NCBI GenBank assembly: GCA_965153455.1
Contig: OZ234493.1
Span: forward strand, 19,272,213-19,336,212
Reading direction: 5' to 3'
DNA: 64,000 nt
Source: Sphagnum compactum
Lineage: Eukaryota
Under the pieces are notes generated by a model, which saw only the letters and a program-made list of their open reading frames with translations, searched no databases and had not been told where the DNA came from. Made by a program: the position numbers and the translations under genes. Position 1 is the stretch's first letter. Each line of letters opens with the position of its first letter. Below, piece after piece: positions 18,104 through 32,128 of this stretch.

Positions 18104-18872
18104 TTGCATTTGCTTCATAACATCTAATTTAACATATAAATGAATGGATGGGCCTATAACTTAATGTTACACAACTATGAAAATTATTGTACCCCTACTT
18201 CCTCCCCTTTCCCCCACCCTTTGCATGCACAAGCATTCACCATGAAACAAATTGATGATGAATCAATATGAGGCATTCAAGTTTTATGAGGTGTGTTCAA
18301 TTGAACATTCCTCAGTTACAAATCAAACAAGAAATTACAAAAATCACAAATTTTCACTCTTCATTTTTCCAAGCTTGTTGCAACTTGTAGCATGGACATA
18401 TTTAAAACTAAATGTTTAAATCCTCTTGAAAGAAAAATTTCAATTTAAGAATTCTACAAAGGAACAAAAACGTGTGCAATATTGCACGTTTGTGAGTCCA
18501 CTCCCTAGAGAGCTTGCCATTATTTTGCTCAGAATTTCCCTTGACATATAGTCAAAGACATGTGGCAAAGTCAATGTAAAACTTGAGCGAGAAGGAGACC
18601 CTATTGGTCAATAATCTAAAAGATGATGAAAATGAACATGGAGAAAACAGAGTGATGATCAATCAACAAAGCTCATAGGAACAAATAGAAGAAAAAATTT
18701 GAATAGCACAAAGATGTTGACAAAACAAAAATGAACATTGCAAAAATGCATTGATGGCAAAACTACATAGCACACAAAAACAAATAGAAGGGCAAAAAAA
18801 AAGGAACAACACAACTTGATGCAAATTGCAAAGAAATGATGGAATGATGTCTTCAAAAAGTTTCAACACCAC

Positions 18873-19286
18873 TGTGCAAAGGTTGCTAGGTTGACAGATC
18901 GAGGTTGTGCAAAAAGTTATGGTGTGATGACAGACAAAAAATGATCCCATTATCTTTGTGCATAGATATGAACTTTGAATAAACAATAGCTTTCATTAGT
19001 ATAGATCTGAGGAGGACCAATCAAGAGATTAAATACAAGGGAACAATCCCAGATGGATAGCAAGTTTCGGTGGTCACCGGGACATATCTCAAGATTCACT
19101 ATTCTAACTATTGGTGATTCACTGGTATTACTATAATAATTAACTGTTATCCACCATCACTACTACATTGATCAATTGCCTAACTTATGTAACTATGAAT
19201 TCTAACAATCTACTTAAATATGTTAACTATTAAATCTAAGTTCCTGCCTATCTCCCACTTATGGAGACAGGTGTGAAAATACAACA
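18873..19286 (-). mobile_element. Putative LTR followed by a degenerate PBS
   Basis: The minus strand starts TGTTG and ends TGCACA, followed directly by gTGGTGTTGAAAC (PBS-like). No second LTR or TSD was found. Confidence 0.35.
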
Positions 19287-19699
19287 CATGATTAAACATA
19301 TGATTAACCATTATTATGATTAAGCATGATTAAAAATTACAAGAGCACCTTTGCATCATGTAACATCTCTTTGTATGTGAATAAGCGCCAAAAATAATCA
19401 TAATCCAGTCACAAAATAACTCATGGGGTTTGACATCTTGTCCATTAGGAACACAGAAATGCAGCTTATTTACAACCATGCCAGAGGTTCCAAACATACA
19501 AGACATATACACTCCCCTTCAAAATCATGTGATTGTGTTCCACTCTCTGAGGTGTGTATTTGCTTCCCGAGATGTGCACTGGTTTCCTAGTAAGGTCCAT
19601 TTGATGGAAGACTTTGCAGGGACCTGTAATTGATCCATAAGGATTTACAGATAAATAGTGGCATAATAAACACTGCATTTTATTATGCCACTATTAATG

Positions 19700-22600
19700 A
19701 ATTTGGACTCCATTTGTAGTTTTTGGTATGCATCAGAGAGGTGCAAACACAGTGCGGATGGTGCTTCAATGCTCATTCTCTTGGCACATTACAGTGACCA
19801 ATCTCCTGATATCTGTTTCTACTGACAATGCTTTTTAGGACATCAGAGTCAACTTAAAACCTGGACTATAGGTCATAAACTATTTCTTGTTCCACGGTCT
19901 TGTGATTGGATGTGAGAACCATATATCTGTACTTCAATTGACAAGAGATTGAGCCAAAAAAGTTTGATGGGCATTCTTGTTTAATGCAGAAAAACATTAT
20001 GTGCATTCTGCAAAGAGATTTAAGTGAGAAGCTCTTCCTCAGCAGGAAAACCTAAGAATTTTCTTGTCTCTTTTGATTCCAGTTCATGTGATCAATGTGA
20101 CTTCATGTTTTCTGCTTTTATAGGTCCATTGTCACAGATTAAGCTGAAATTTCCCCATGTCACATCCATTGAGACAGAAGAATTTTTAATTCATCAGGAT
20201 TCTATCCCCATCTTCCCACTCTTTCTGCCAGGCATACTCCCGGGCATATTGCAGAAGTACTCATTATCCTCCATTTAGATGATCACTCCAGAGTATCTGC
20301 CTCTGAGAAATTCACCTAACGTCTTTTTGAGATTGTAATTTTCTATGTTCTTCACAGACTTCTTCATGTTTGCTATGTGGGATGCTACCTTCAGGTGTCA
20401 CTATCTCAGCTAGTAAAAGGGGATGGCCAGAGTCCACGAGGTCCCATTCTCAGCGTTGTAGGCAAGGTGAGTTGTCCACTACCAAAGTGCCAAAATTCAG
20501 GGATTGACCATTTCTCCTCTATGGGGAGTGACATTCTCATTGTATGAAGACTATGGGTAATTGTGCACTGCATGAAGACAGAACTTGAAACCTGTGCCCA
20601 AAGAGAGGATAGTTTGCATGGAGCTTGATATAAGCTAAGAATTGACATTGTTAACATTTGTTGGAATGCATACTTCTTTTCAGGCAAATCTGACTCATTT
20701 AGGTCCCATGGTTGTTAGACATGCAACTCCAGTGATGTCAGTGATGTCAAATTGGCTGATCTGATTGTGTTGCATCCCTTTACAATAGAGTGATTCCAGG
20801 TGCTTGTAATTGTTCCACAGCTCATGCATTCTGCTCCTTCCAGTACCTCTAGGCTAGATAGGTCTCATAGTCTGGGTCTCACTGATTCTCCAATTACCAT
20901 GTGCACATTGCTTGTGATTGTTCTAACTATTTTAGACCTGCACTTTGAATATATGCAGTGGACACTCCATACTGACCTCTGAATGTTTTTTGTGGATTAG
21001 AATGCAGATATTTGTCTTTCAAGTAAGCTATGAAGCTAGCAGGTCTGGAACCCAGCAATTCCTGAAGACAGTTAAATTCCCTTTTCATTGCAAAATCTCA
21101 AATCCCATACCAAGAGGCAAAGCCTGAACATGAATATGCGCCTGACATGCTCAGTCAAGTCATTTTAATTGATGTGAGTGGTTAGGGAGTAAGTTGGGAT
21201 TGGCTCTTAAGGTTTGCCAAGTTTTGTGAGGGACTCTGCTCCAAAAAGATCAAGTCAATCCTGACCATTGCACATGGGGACTGTTTCTTGTAGATGGCAT
21301 TACCTAGTGGGTCAGGGCATTCATGACAGCAATGTTGATTGACATGGCTGGCTCCTTCACTCTAGCACTACGCTGGCAACATATTATCTTGTTAAACAAC
21401 TGTGTGTTTATCTTGAGGTTTGTAAACAATCCACTTTCAACCAGCACTTGGATTCAGGATGAAGGGGTTGATCCACCTACAGAGCCATACGAACAGCCAG
21501 AGTTTAGAAGAACTGTCTAATGTATTTAAGGTATGCCCACTTGTATGCAATACATTGTCTTTCCCTGCTATTTTTTTCATCGAAATGTTTGCAGAGCTTG
21601 AACATTAGTAAGAGTTTTCTTGACAGTAATGTTAGTCATATCCCAGTCCCCCGCAGGTAAGAGGATACCTGAGTCTGGATTTTGGTCTTTGGTTGTAGCC
21701 ACCTGAAGTAACTAGCCATGCCATTCCATGAAACAATACCTGAGAGGCTAGCAAAGTTGGCAAGGAGAAGCAGCCTGCATGTTTGTGGAAATCAAATTCC
21801 TAGACACCAAAGTACACACTCTCATTACACATGACCCTGGTTGAATCCTTTGCACTTTCATTAGGAGCTTTGCTGGACAAGAGCTGTCAGCTGTTCCTCA
21901 CCAAGTGGCTCTAATGACCATCTATACTACAGGCTCATATCAGAGTAATGACAGTACAACAATATGGTATCGCAGATTCAATTTGAGAGGCATGTTGACA
22001 CCAACTCCAGGCAACTGCCTCATGAATCCCATGATCAGATTGAAGACTTGATTCTTGATTCTTTGTGCCCGGCATTCCATCATGAGAGATCACATGCAAT
22101 GTTAGTCCTTCACTGCTCAAAAGTGACACAGACTTAACACAAATCTTTGCAGTAAGGACCCAGATTGGAAACTTCTATAGATTTAGGATTCTAATTGAGA
22201 TTATCACAACCATCCAAGCAATACAACATTCGGGAGGTAACAAGCATGCATGTAGAGAGCCGCAGGAAGACAAAGAGCATGTCCACTCCATGTACATAGT
22301 GCTAAAACCGAAATCAATCTTCATGGGCAACATTGTCCAGAATATATGCAGCCAACATGCTCATCAACTGTTCAAGAAACATGCAAGACTCACCAAACAT
22401 TCTCAGCTTCTTTCTGCTGTCACTTTCCTGATTGCAACACACAATCCCCTTACTGCAATCCATTGTCCACAACATTTTGTTCAAGGAAAAGAATTACACA
22501 AAGATGATATCAGCAGGAAATTCAAATCCCTCTTCAAATACTATCCAATTTTGTTCAATTGAAGCAAACAAAAAAACCCACAAAGCATAAAGTTCTGATC

Positions 22601-23260
22601 CACCATCAGGTCTGCAAAAGCTAGGAGACAGTGCTGGTGAGCATGTTGGGCATAATGAAAAGGCACAAACAGGACCAAGTACACAAAAACCTCACTGCTA
22701 AGGGCAGCTAAAATAGGTTTCAATCAAGTTTGCTGATGCAACAGTCCTGGCATGGTAGTTGTTCACCACTATTATCCAGAAAATGATGGGATTGGATGCG
22801 TACATGGCACAAGCCTGACAAAAATTCTCAATAGCATAACTTGTGGGAAACTGTCACAAAACATCATGTGCCATGACTGTCATTCCAGACACCTTTGTCA
22901 CTCTGCAGAGGTAGTCATCACCATCTCGCTAACAGACATTCATGCTTCCAGACATACCTATGTGATTGCAGATAAAAACTTGACAACACCACTTTGGAGG
23001 TAAAACAAAACCATTGAGTGCAATATTAACTATATGAGAGTCATTCACAAAGTGTAAGATCGTCACCTTCATCATGAGTAGCAGGCAACAAAACTGCCAT
23101 GACTCCCCACTCCTGTCAGCATAGATAAGTGCATAATAATCTGGTCAAAATTACAGGCAAACTATTATGCAGATATCTGTGTACTGAGTTTCTGTTGCAT
23201 TTCCAGAAGCAATGAGAAGACTCAAGTCATGTTGGCTGGCATCAAGAGACATAACTTCCA
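19700..23260 (-). mobile_element. Highly decayed LINE-like retroelement relic
   Basis: Only short, broken motif-like pieces in LINE ORF2 order on the minus strand: GVMAVLL (about 23100), CAMVRIDL (about 21265), FAMKR/FIAY (about 21030-21095), Cys/His-rich piece (about 19760). No long ORF. Confidence 0.35.
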
Positions 23261-23471
23261 CACAGCACACATTATGAATATGTATTTGCAGAAGAAATGC
23301 AGAAAAAACTACATTTCATCTCCTAGGACCTAAACCAAGCGTGACTATACTGGTGGCAAAATTTTGTCTTCATCAATCCCACTTCTTTGTCCAAGACTGT
23401 TCAGTATGGCCAGAAAGCAATGGGAAGTAATTCCTATGTCTGCTCTCTCTCTCTGCATCTCTTTTCCAACC

Positions 23472-24002
23472 CTAAAATTGCAACTTCTTCTTATGATGCC
23501 TCTCCTTCTTCAAGCGGCCTTGGCTCTTCCCTCTCTTCTTCTTGATGCCTCCCTGCGCCTGCAACAACCTTCCTGTGACCGCACTTCCACCAGCAATGCC
23601 GTCATTATTCATAGCACTTTCACTCTGTCCAACTCTGCCTCGAGTTTGCTCCTCCACCTCTGTCCCCACCATTTTAACATGCTCACTCAGTCACGAAACC
23701 CTAAACACAGACACTGTGTCTCTGACCCACACAGGCATGCCGGCACCTGCTTCATTGTACTGCCATATATTCACCTGTATTTAGAACTTAAAACAAACCT
23801 GTTTTGTAAAAGAGAGAAGAAGGTACTTACCCATAGACTCAGAGTCGCTGCGTCTCTTCGGGAGCTCGATCTTGGGCGCTTGGGCAGCGGCCTCTTGCGC
23901 CGCCAGCTTGGCCAGCTCCTTGGCATCATAGTGAGGAGCCACCAACTCCCGCTTCAAAGTGCGCAGTCTCTTCAACCTCTTGGACCTGATCGACTTCCCC
24001 AT
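23472..24002 (-). CDS. LLP-homolog / learning-associated protein (Laps)-like small basic protein, 2 exons
   Basis: Exons 23831-24002 and 23472-23659 (GT-AG, phase 1). N-terminus MGKSIRSKRLKRLRTLKRE resembles the LLP family MAKSLRSKxKR; the C-terminus is K/R-rich. Confidence 0.8.
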
Positions 24003-24596
24003 CGCTGCAAACACAAATTTGCGGAAACTGCCACAAGCGCGTGTTGTTGCAATTGGTGACAACTCGTAGCAATTGTGTTGTTGGTATTCTCAACCTCCCA
24101 TCATCATCATCATCATCACCCAGAAGAGAGTTTTGACCTAAAAAAAACTCTGAAATTTCCAGCAGTCACAATTTTTGCAGGGTTCACATCTACAGTAGTT
24201 AAAAATCAAAATACAAAATCTATGACCCAAAAAAAATAAAATGTAATCCATTTTGTAAAACCCTAGATCCCAAGAATGGTGTAGCAATCTCTTTAGAACT
24301 GAAATGGCTTACAAATCAAATAATACCATTTGGCAAATCTCCCTAATACCCCACCCCTCCCCACCCATATCTACACTTCACACATGATTTTGTGCTGTTC
24401 TATATTTATGGACTTCAGTTTTAGATACTAATTTATAATGAATTCTCCACCTAAGTTCGTACAATTCACCCACGAGTTTGTTTTGTTTGATATTTATGGG
24501 CATTGCTTTTAGATACAAATGTTTGATGAATTAGGTTTTAGATTTCTAATTAAAAACTGAAGCCCCCTCAAAAAAAAAAAAGGTTTATGAAACACT

Positions 24597-24704
24597 AATT
24601 GCTCCTTTATTTGGGTGTTTTAGTCAAGGTTCTTACAGACCAAAGTATGGAATTGCTCCTTTATTTGGGTGTTTTAGTCAAGGTTCTTACAGATCAAAGT
24701 ATGG
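24597..24704. repeat. Tandem duplication, 54-bp unit x2
   Basis: aattgctcctttatttgggtgttttagtcaaggttcttacaga(c/t)caaagtatgg at 24597 and 24651. Confidence 0.9.
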
Positions 24705-27620
24705 AATTCTGTGTGGAATTCCAAGAAATGTGTGAGAAAGTATTGATATATGATCTAACTATTTCATTAGATCATCCTGAAACACAATTATAAGTTAGTT
24801 GAATGGATGATATAATCAGAGAATTGTGTAAGTATGATCTTCAAAAAGGTCGTACTAAAGATTGGACCCACAATTATCATGCTTATTATAAGATATAGGT
24901 TTAGTTGGTAGGTTTCTTTCACATCATTTTCATCATATTTAACAATTATTCAGCATTGGGATATTTTTCAATATGCCACAATCCAAGGAGATGGATATCT
25001 GCCTCAAGTTCGAACCTAGAAAATTTGTGTACTCCCAACAAACAACACCGACTATTTTGGATGTGACTATATGGCTTGTGATTTTGCATGTGTGGAAGAT
25101 TTTTTTTTTTGGAATGTTATTATTGGAAGGTTGAGATGATCAAACATGAAAAGATCACATGTGTAATTGTGCATCATGTCATCTTTCTCATGTAGATGGT
25201 TAGATTAACCTTTCTTTAAATTTATTCTCATCAACCTTTGTTGTATGTTGTGTGGGTAGTTTACAGGACTGCGATTATGTTGTAAATACGTGATCAGTGT
25301 TCAAGGGGTTGACGTATGAAATGCTTTACACCACTTTCAAACAATAGACCAATTAACAAATGGTTTTGCCCTTAATGTGTTTAATAGATTGAGATTCCTA
25401 AGGTGACTAAGTAAGATTAGTTTAAATAATTTTTTCATGATGATTCACATTTGATTGAAGATTTGAAAAATTATAGTTAGGTGATTAACGATGGGGTTCC
25501 CATATTACACTTAGCCTACTAGTCCCTTCTACTTTGGAACGCTAAATCCAAATGTTAATTAATAATGAATTTTTATAATGCATTTCTTATAATGTTATTT
25601 AAGTTAAAAAGACCTTAGCCTTAGATGGGGGGTAGTTTGTATATGGTTAACCATTTAGGATTTTTATTGTTATGCGTTGTATGTGTGATAAGAATGATAG
25701 TTATAAACATTGATGTGGTAACACATGACAATTGTCAAGTGGTTATGATTAGCCATATAATTAAATTTAAATTAATTTTTCATAACCTTGCTTAATGTTT
25801 AATTTAGTTATGAACTAATTCTAGTGTAAACAAGTTCAAGCTAATCTCCAAATTGAGTAAAAAACCTAAGTTTCGTGATATTAAATTCCTCTTTGGCGAC
25901 TTGAGATTTTAAAATAAAATGTGTTCATGCTTTGTAAGTTATTTTAGTGTTCACATAACTTTTCACGGTACATGTGTTTGTGTTATTTTTATGTTTTGGG
26001 CTTGGATTCTTGCATTATTTTAGATGAGTTTTTTCTAATCATTAAAGGTGACCATTTTAAAAAATTGTTGTTTTGTATTTTATGTGTGATAGCAACAATA
26101 GTTGTAAACGTTGATGTGGTAGCGCATGATAAAAACAACATGAGATAATTTTTTTCCTCACAATGCACCTTATTGCAAATTGATTTATATGTCATTACTT
26201 AACCCATGTTGTTGTGCCTTTGGACATTTAAACATCAAACCAAAAGCATATGTGATTCACAACCATGGCCACCTTACAAATGGACAAGGCTTAAAATTTC
26301 AATTAAGTTACAATAGTTGCTTACCTACTATTATATAAACAACTTGGTTAATAATTCATCAACTTATAATAAGTCACTCAAAACCAGGTGGATATTTTAA
26401 ATTCAAGCTTGTTAAAGAAGTCAAGCAATTGTGAATTCAACAATAAGAAAAGGACCACCTTTCTTGTTAAATAGGTAAGGGAAGTTGTGATATGAGAAAT
26501 ATTTTGAACATTCAATGAGTTCTCCCTCTTTGACAAAGCACTCTTCAAAATCATATTGCCTTGGTGGAAGACCACCATATGAGGCAACTAATTTCTATCA
26601 TGCATTTGAATTGTTGAGTTTTAATCTAAGCAAACCCCTTGGAGTCCAAGCTGCTCACCTTTTGTTGATGCCTTGATGAAAATGTCTTTTTTCTTGAAAA
26701 ACCTTGCTCCTCAAGCATAAATAACATTATGAGAAAAGAGGAAGGATGTTAAACCTACTTTTTAAGCATGGGAGGGGAATTGTGCCTATTTGTAGGTTTA
26801 GGTGCAAGTTTCTTATCATTTTTTAAGGAATGGACTAAGGGACCACTAAAAGGGTGCTGCTTATCCCAAATAGTCAAGTGGATTTAGGTCAAATCTATTT
26901 ATTGTAACCCATGACCTAGAGCTGTTGAACATCCTAATTATGCATAGGGTAAGGAACCCATTAAGGGTCTTCCAAAATTTGAGGGCCTGGCCAAGGGTGA
27001 TAATGAACCTAATTTTTCAATAAGTGTAAGGTATACATAACTTACACTTTTGTAAGATTACTAAATTTGAAAATATTCATTATGTTGGGGGAAGGTACCC
27101 CATTAAGGCTCTTCCTGGATTCTTTGGGCCTAGCCTCAAGCTATCATACCTTTAACATCAAGTTGTATGATGGGTAAAAAGGTCATAGAGGGGCAAGGGT
27201 TCTTACATCTACTCCTTAAGAGTGGGAGGGATCTTACACCTATAACTAGTAGGCATAATTTCTCTCACACCCTTGAGGAGTAGGGGGCCGAACTCGGCTA
27301 TTGCCTTGTCCTAGGCCCCTTATTTTGAGAATGCCCCCACCCTAGGGCTTTACCCTACACTGAAACCTGCCCGAGACGGAAATCCGCGAGAATTCTGCCC
27401 GGGAGAAAATTACGCGGCGAGTCTAGACTTCCCGGTGAGCGTTGTGAAGAGGGAACGCATTTCGTTCTAGGTTTTGCAATCGAAGGGAAAGCTCACAAAT
27501 CTCTTCTCGCCGATTGGATTTGTTGCTGCCGTGAGAACAGGCCAGAAATTTGCATAGAGGTGATTTGCTGTGCAATCACTCGTTGTGGATCAGAAGGAGG
27601 AGGAAAAAAGGCGGTCGGCA

Positions 27621-29160
27621 ATGTCGGGAGCAGCAGCCGGAGCTGCAGCTCCTTACTGGAGAAATGCGGGAATGACGTACATCTCGTATGCTAACACTTG
27701 TGCAGCCATGGTGAGGAACTGCCTCAAGGAGCCTCATAAGACCAAGGCTCTGAACCGGGAGCAAGTTTACTACAAGCTTCAGACCTATCAGGAGGGGGAG
27801 CCTCAGAAACCTGGTACAGGATCTCCCTCTCTTTCTCGCCCTAGATCGGTAGGGTTTCTCGTTCCTGCTGTGTTGGTAGTCTGGAAGGTGGATTAGGTCA
27901 CTGGTCGTGTTGCTTACACTTTTCTTGTTTTGAGATTTGGCTCACTCCCTGTTCCTTTTGTGCATTCTCAAAGATTGATTGTCACTAGTAACGCTCTCTA
28001 TCCATAGCTGGGTGTAGTGGATTGCGGAACCTTTGTATGCGGAACAGATTTTGTGAATGCTCTAGAGCATGGCTTATAGCACTGGTGATGCTTGCAGCTT
28101 TGTATCCATGGCTAGATGTTGTTTTCATGGCATTTTCAGTACATGGATTTCTGGGTGCATGACTTTCCTACCTGTTAGGGGCCACAACGAAGAATGGAGG
28201 TTACTCCCATGAGTGATCATTAAACCTTTCTGTGTAGGCATGTCTAGATTTCAGGTTGCTGCATTCATGTGTGGGGTTTGGTGTTTGCGGGCTTCAGGCA
28301 ATATGCTTCTATTGTAGTTTTAGTCCCTAATGCACATCAGGTCCTTAAATAAGTGATGAGTCCATCGCAATGTCTAATCTTCACTGTAAGAAGTAGTGCT
28401 AGACAATCCAGAGCAGATCATTAGGATCAAAGGCACGTTGTTGTGTAAACACATATTGGCACATCTTTAATCTTCACAAGCTTGTGAGTCCAGGGCAATG
28501 CCCTGGATTCCTCCTTGTACTTTTAGGGTGATTTGAGGACACAACCTGTTGTATGCCAGCTTTCCTGCCCTAGTGACCACTCAGCAAGTATATTTCTCAT
28601 TTTTCCTTGTACATTAGTTTGCTAGCTAATGTGTCCGCAATGTATTGTGATTGCAGTGGTACGGGAGACTCCCCCTGCCCCACCAGCAAAGAAGGAGTAA
28701 TTACTGATGTTTCTAGAGATGTTGGAGCAAGAGAATCAGCCCTGGGATAGACACCACAAGGCTTGAAAAGAATCTGGTACATTCTTGTGGTGTTTGAGTA
28801 CTTTAAACCGTTTGTTTGAACCTGCCATGCCTGGACAAGGTGTGATCCAGGATCTCTCTTAGGTGTTTGCCTCCTTTGTCAATAAACAGTTTACAGTACC
28901 TTGTTCCATCTCGAACTCAAAGAGTCTTTTATTGATTCTATCCTGGTCATTACCATTTCATTAATGAGAGTGATAGCAAGAGAGCAGTTTCTCAATAAAT
29001 GTTGGTGACAAAAGCAGGCAAAGTCTTAGAGCAGTGCGATGCCATGTTTCTAAATGCTGTGTTTGCTTGAATATGGCATAGTCTTCCTATTCATTGCTTC
29101 TAGTCTTCAATCTGGTTCAATCTATTGAGGTTGGCAGTCGTGTCATCTTTACAGGAGTAA
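27621..29160 (+). CDS. Mitochondrial F1-ATP synthase subunit epsilon
   Basis: Exon 1 (27621-27813) encodes [38 protein letters not shown]...EGEPQKP, containing the WRxAGMTYIxY..VRNCLKEP signature. Candidate exon 2 (29138-29160) is phase-compatible and encodes VVSSLQE*; it is less certain. Confidence 0.9.
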
Positions 29161-29879
29161 ATTAGAGAGGCATAATAACAGTGACTCTTCATCACAAGCT
29201 TTTAATGTATCGGCTTGAGTTGAATGTGTATTCGGTCTGAATTCTCAAGGGGGTCAAGTTTGTGTCCTCATTGAGAGCTTAGGAGGAACAGATCAGTAAA
29301 ATCATCGGAAGCATCGAAGATACCTATTTGTCTAAGATTAGAACCATCCACCATAGGAATATGATGTATGAATTACAATGTATTTGCTCAGCTCTGGTAG
29401 AAGGATTGTGTACTCATTTGCAGTTCTGTGAGCCAAAGGCTGCAGATTGTGGGTTCTACCAATGAAATGGCCTCAGACCTTGTGGTCATCCTGAAGTTTA
29501 AGAGTCTGCCTCCAAGGCAAAAGTCTGTTGAACCCAGCCCAATAACAAAAACATGTTGACTAGGTAACAGGGTATGCAGTTTGTGAATCATAGGTTGCAG
29601 AGGTGTTGCAGTTTTGGAGGGAATGGTTCCTTGAGTGTGCAGAATTCATAACCTTAAAGAGATGGAGAAAATACTGATATAGATGTCTGAGTGTCCAAGC
29701 TGTTGTGCAACTGTGTTGAATGATTGCCTCCATCGCCTGTGGAAAATTACCCCACCCAACTCCAAACTCTTTCAAACTCTACATCATCTCCGATTCTACT
29801 TTGAATTCAGGTCTGGACTTCCTCTCAGGTGTAAATAATGGTCACCTTCTTAACATAAAGAATGGATAGCAGCTCTCCT

Positions 29880-30800
29880 GTCAAAGCCCCATGGCTTGTG
29901 ACTCAGAAGTCTCAAATTTCACTATGACAAAGACTAATGTGGGTTGCATAAACGTTAGATGTTTGACTCACCACCTTACAGTTTTGAGTGGAGCTAGTTG
30001 TTACTGCCATTTGACAAAACCAAATGTGCCATTTTGTATCTTCTGGAATGGGCTTGATTGTCTGCATGATTACGTATCCATCCCTCTTTGATGAGGTAGT
30101 CGTGGTGCACACATGTTTTGTGCAGAGGGGAAACTAAAATTGTTGTTAGGGAAGAAATATGGACCTAAAATGCACCAGGGAGACATTCAGTACCCACCAA
30201 CCAAGATTGGGGTTTGTTGCTTGTAATGAAGGTGCCGATCTCATCTTGGGTCAGCTGCACCAAGATGCCAGTGCTGAAGAGAATAACATGCCTTGAATTC
30301 TGCTGTGGTTGTGCTTGCATGTTGCAAAGGGCTAGCATGGTGTATATCAAGAACATGACAAGAACCATCTTGATCCTCATACCAGTAATACTCATATGGT
30401 TGATACTGCCTATCATGCACCTGATGACTTGGTTGCTCATAATGCCTGTGAGGTGCTCCATTCATATAAGCAGAAACATATATGCCAACAGTCTCAAAAT
30501 GAATGTACAGATTGCATCATTGCAAGCCCCATTACCACTCTACTTCAGAAAGCTTGATCCACTGAATTCTGAATTTAGTCCTCATCATTCCTGATTGAAA
30601 AGATTTGGGGAGTTTCTTTTTTTCTGTTATGGTGCCTGAGATAATAGTAGCAACGCTTGCACTTGTGAGAAAACAAGAGCTCAAGTTCAGTCAGCTGAAC
30701 ATAAATGTCATGCCACTCGCAACTGGAAAGTTCTTCAGTGCTTTCTGAAAGTGCCTCTAAATTGCAGCTCCCAAATCTTAAGCTGAGTTCTCAAACCTGA
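29880..30800 (+). mobile_element. Possible decayed LINE endonuclease relic
   Basis: VGCINVRCL (about 29940) resembles the APE-endonuclease start xxNVRGL; FSPHH (about 30580) resembles the SDH motif at a plausible distance. Heavily degraded. Confidence 0.3.
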
Positions 30801-31459
30801 TACCATACTGACCATCTGATCCTGTGTACAGAGTTATTGGAAATCTAGAGGTCAAAATCCCAAGGATCTAAAGCTAAATTAGAAGTCATCCTTGAACTAC
30901 TATGAACAAAACATAAACTTTTGAATTAGGGTGGGAAACAAACCACTGCTACTGCTTGACTTAGAATTGTAAAAGCTAGCATCTTTTGAAGTGTAATTTA
31001 AATGATTACAGATCAAGCTGCATCAATCTGCTTCCTTGAAATCTGTTAGGCTTTAGGCCTTAGGGTGGTCCATTTTCCATAAATCCTGTTTCATTTTGAT
31101 GTAAACCCAGATCAAACATGAGAGCATCAAGAAAAGAAGTGGAGATAGAGTTAGAGGAAGGAAGGATGCAAATTGCAATTGAATTGCTCAAAGTTTAATC
31201 ACTCCAAAGGAGTAAGTGTGGGGCATTTGCTCCATTTTTCATTAATTTTTGTTGTAAGTACTCCTATCTAAGTGTGGGCCTGCTTTCCAAACAGCCTCTA
31301 CCATACTTAAAGATTAGACCCATGTTACTTCCAAGGGTGCTCCCACATCTCTTATCTTATATTTGGATCGCAAATGAATTTTTTTCAAATGAACAGGTCC
31401 AAAACCTCAATAGGAAAATAAATCAGAACATGTGGGTTACTAAGCTTTTGTCAAGTCAT

Positions 31460-32128
31460 GAGTAAAGTCAATGCACAATGACCTGATGTTCCTTTGATCT
31501 TTCATGCAAATGGGGAACTTGCAAACTGCACATAATGGCGCATTGTCAGCATCAGGATGTTGTGGTTCACTTGGATTGGGCCACAGAGATGCACCAAGCA
31601 AGATCATTATTTAGTGATGAAGCTGTTCTCCAGGTAATATGACTCCCTTGGTGTGCTGGACTACACAAGGATTGCTGTCCAAAACAATGCAAAGCACAAT
31701 GTGTTTGACATTGTGAGCATGGTGAACCCAATGTAAGTTTGCTGAAACCGTCCGTCATATGTCTGTTCTTTCCTCTGTTTCCAAAATTGACATGAGATTA
31801 GGCACAGGTCTTTTGTAGTATGAGTGGAGAGAATAGGATCTGTCTGTGTTTCTGTCTGGAAGCTGAACTCAAGCATGCCATTGGGGTACTGCATTTGCAG
31901 GGTAATGTTGATCCAATGATCCTTTTTGGCACTGAGGATGTGATCCATGAAGCAGTGGAAGAGTGTTTAAGAGATGCTGGGGGGAGGCATCACATCTTGA
32001 ATGTTGGGGATGGCATCATCCAAGGCACCCCTTAAGAGGCCATGAAATTCCTCTGCCAGCTGGCCAGAGAGAGCTCCTCTCAACAACAGTGCAGAAATGT
32101 GACACAATCCACCTTGCAGGGGTTGTGA
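31460..32128 (+). pseudogene. Uroporphyrinogen decarboxylase (UROD/HEME) 3' fragment, two exons plus intron
   Basis: PDVPLIFHANG..., VVHLDWATEMHQARSLFSDEAVLQ, intron 31634-31900, then GNVDPMILFG...HHILNVGDGIIQGTP*EAM. There are frameshifts in the first exon, a TAA at 32033-32035 in place of the E of GTPEE, and the NxGHG His is replaced by Asp. No 5' exons seen. Confidence 0.88.

Noticed and set aside
23364-24059. 231-aa plus-strand ORF
   Set aside because: It is the antisense shadow of the LLP-like gene, starts with TTG and has no recognisable motifs.
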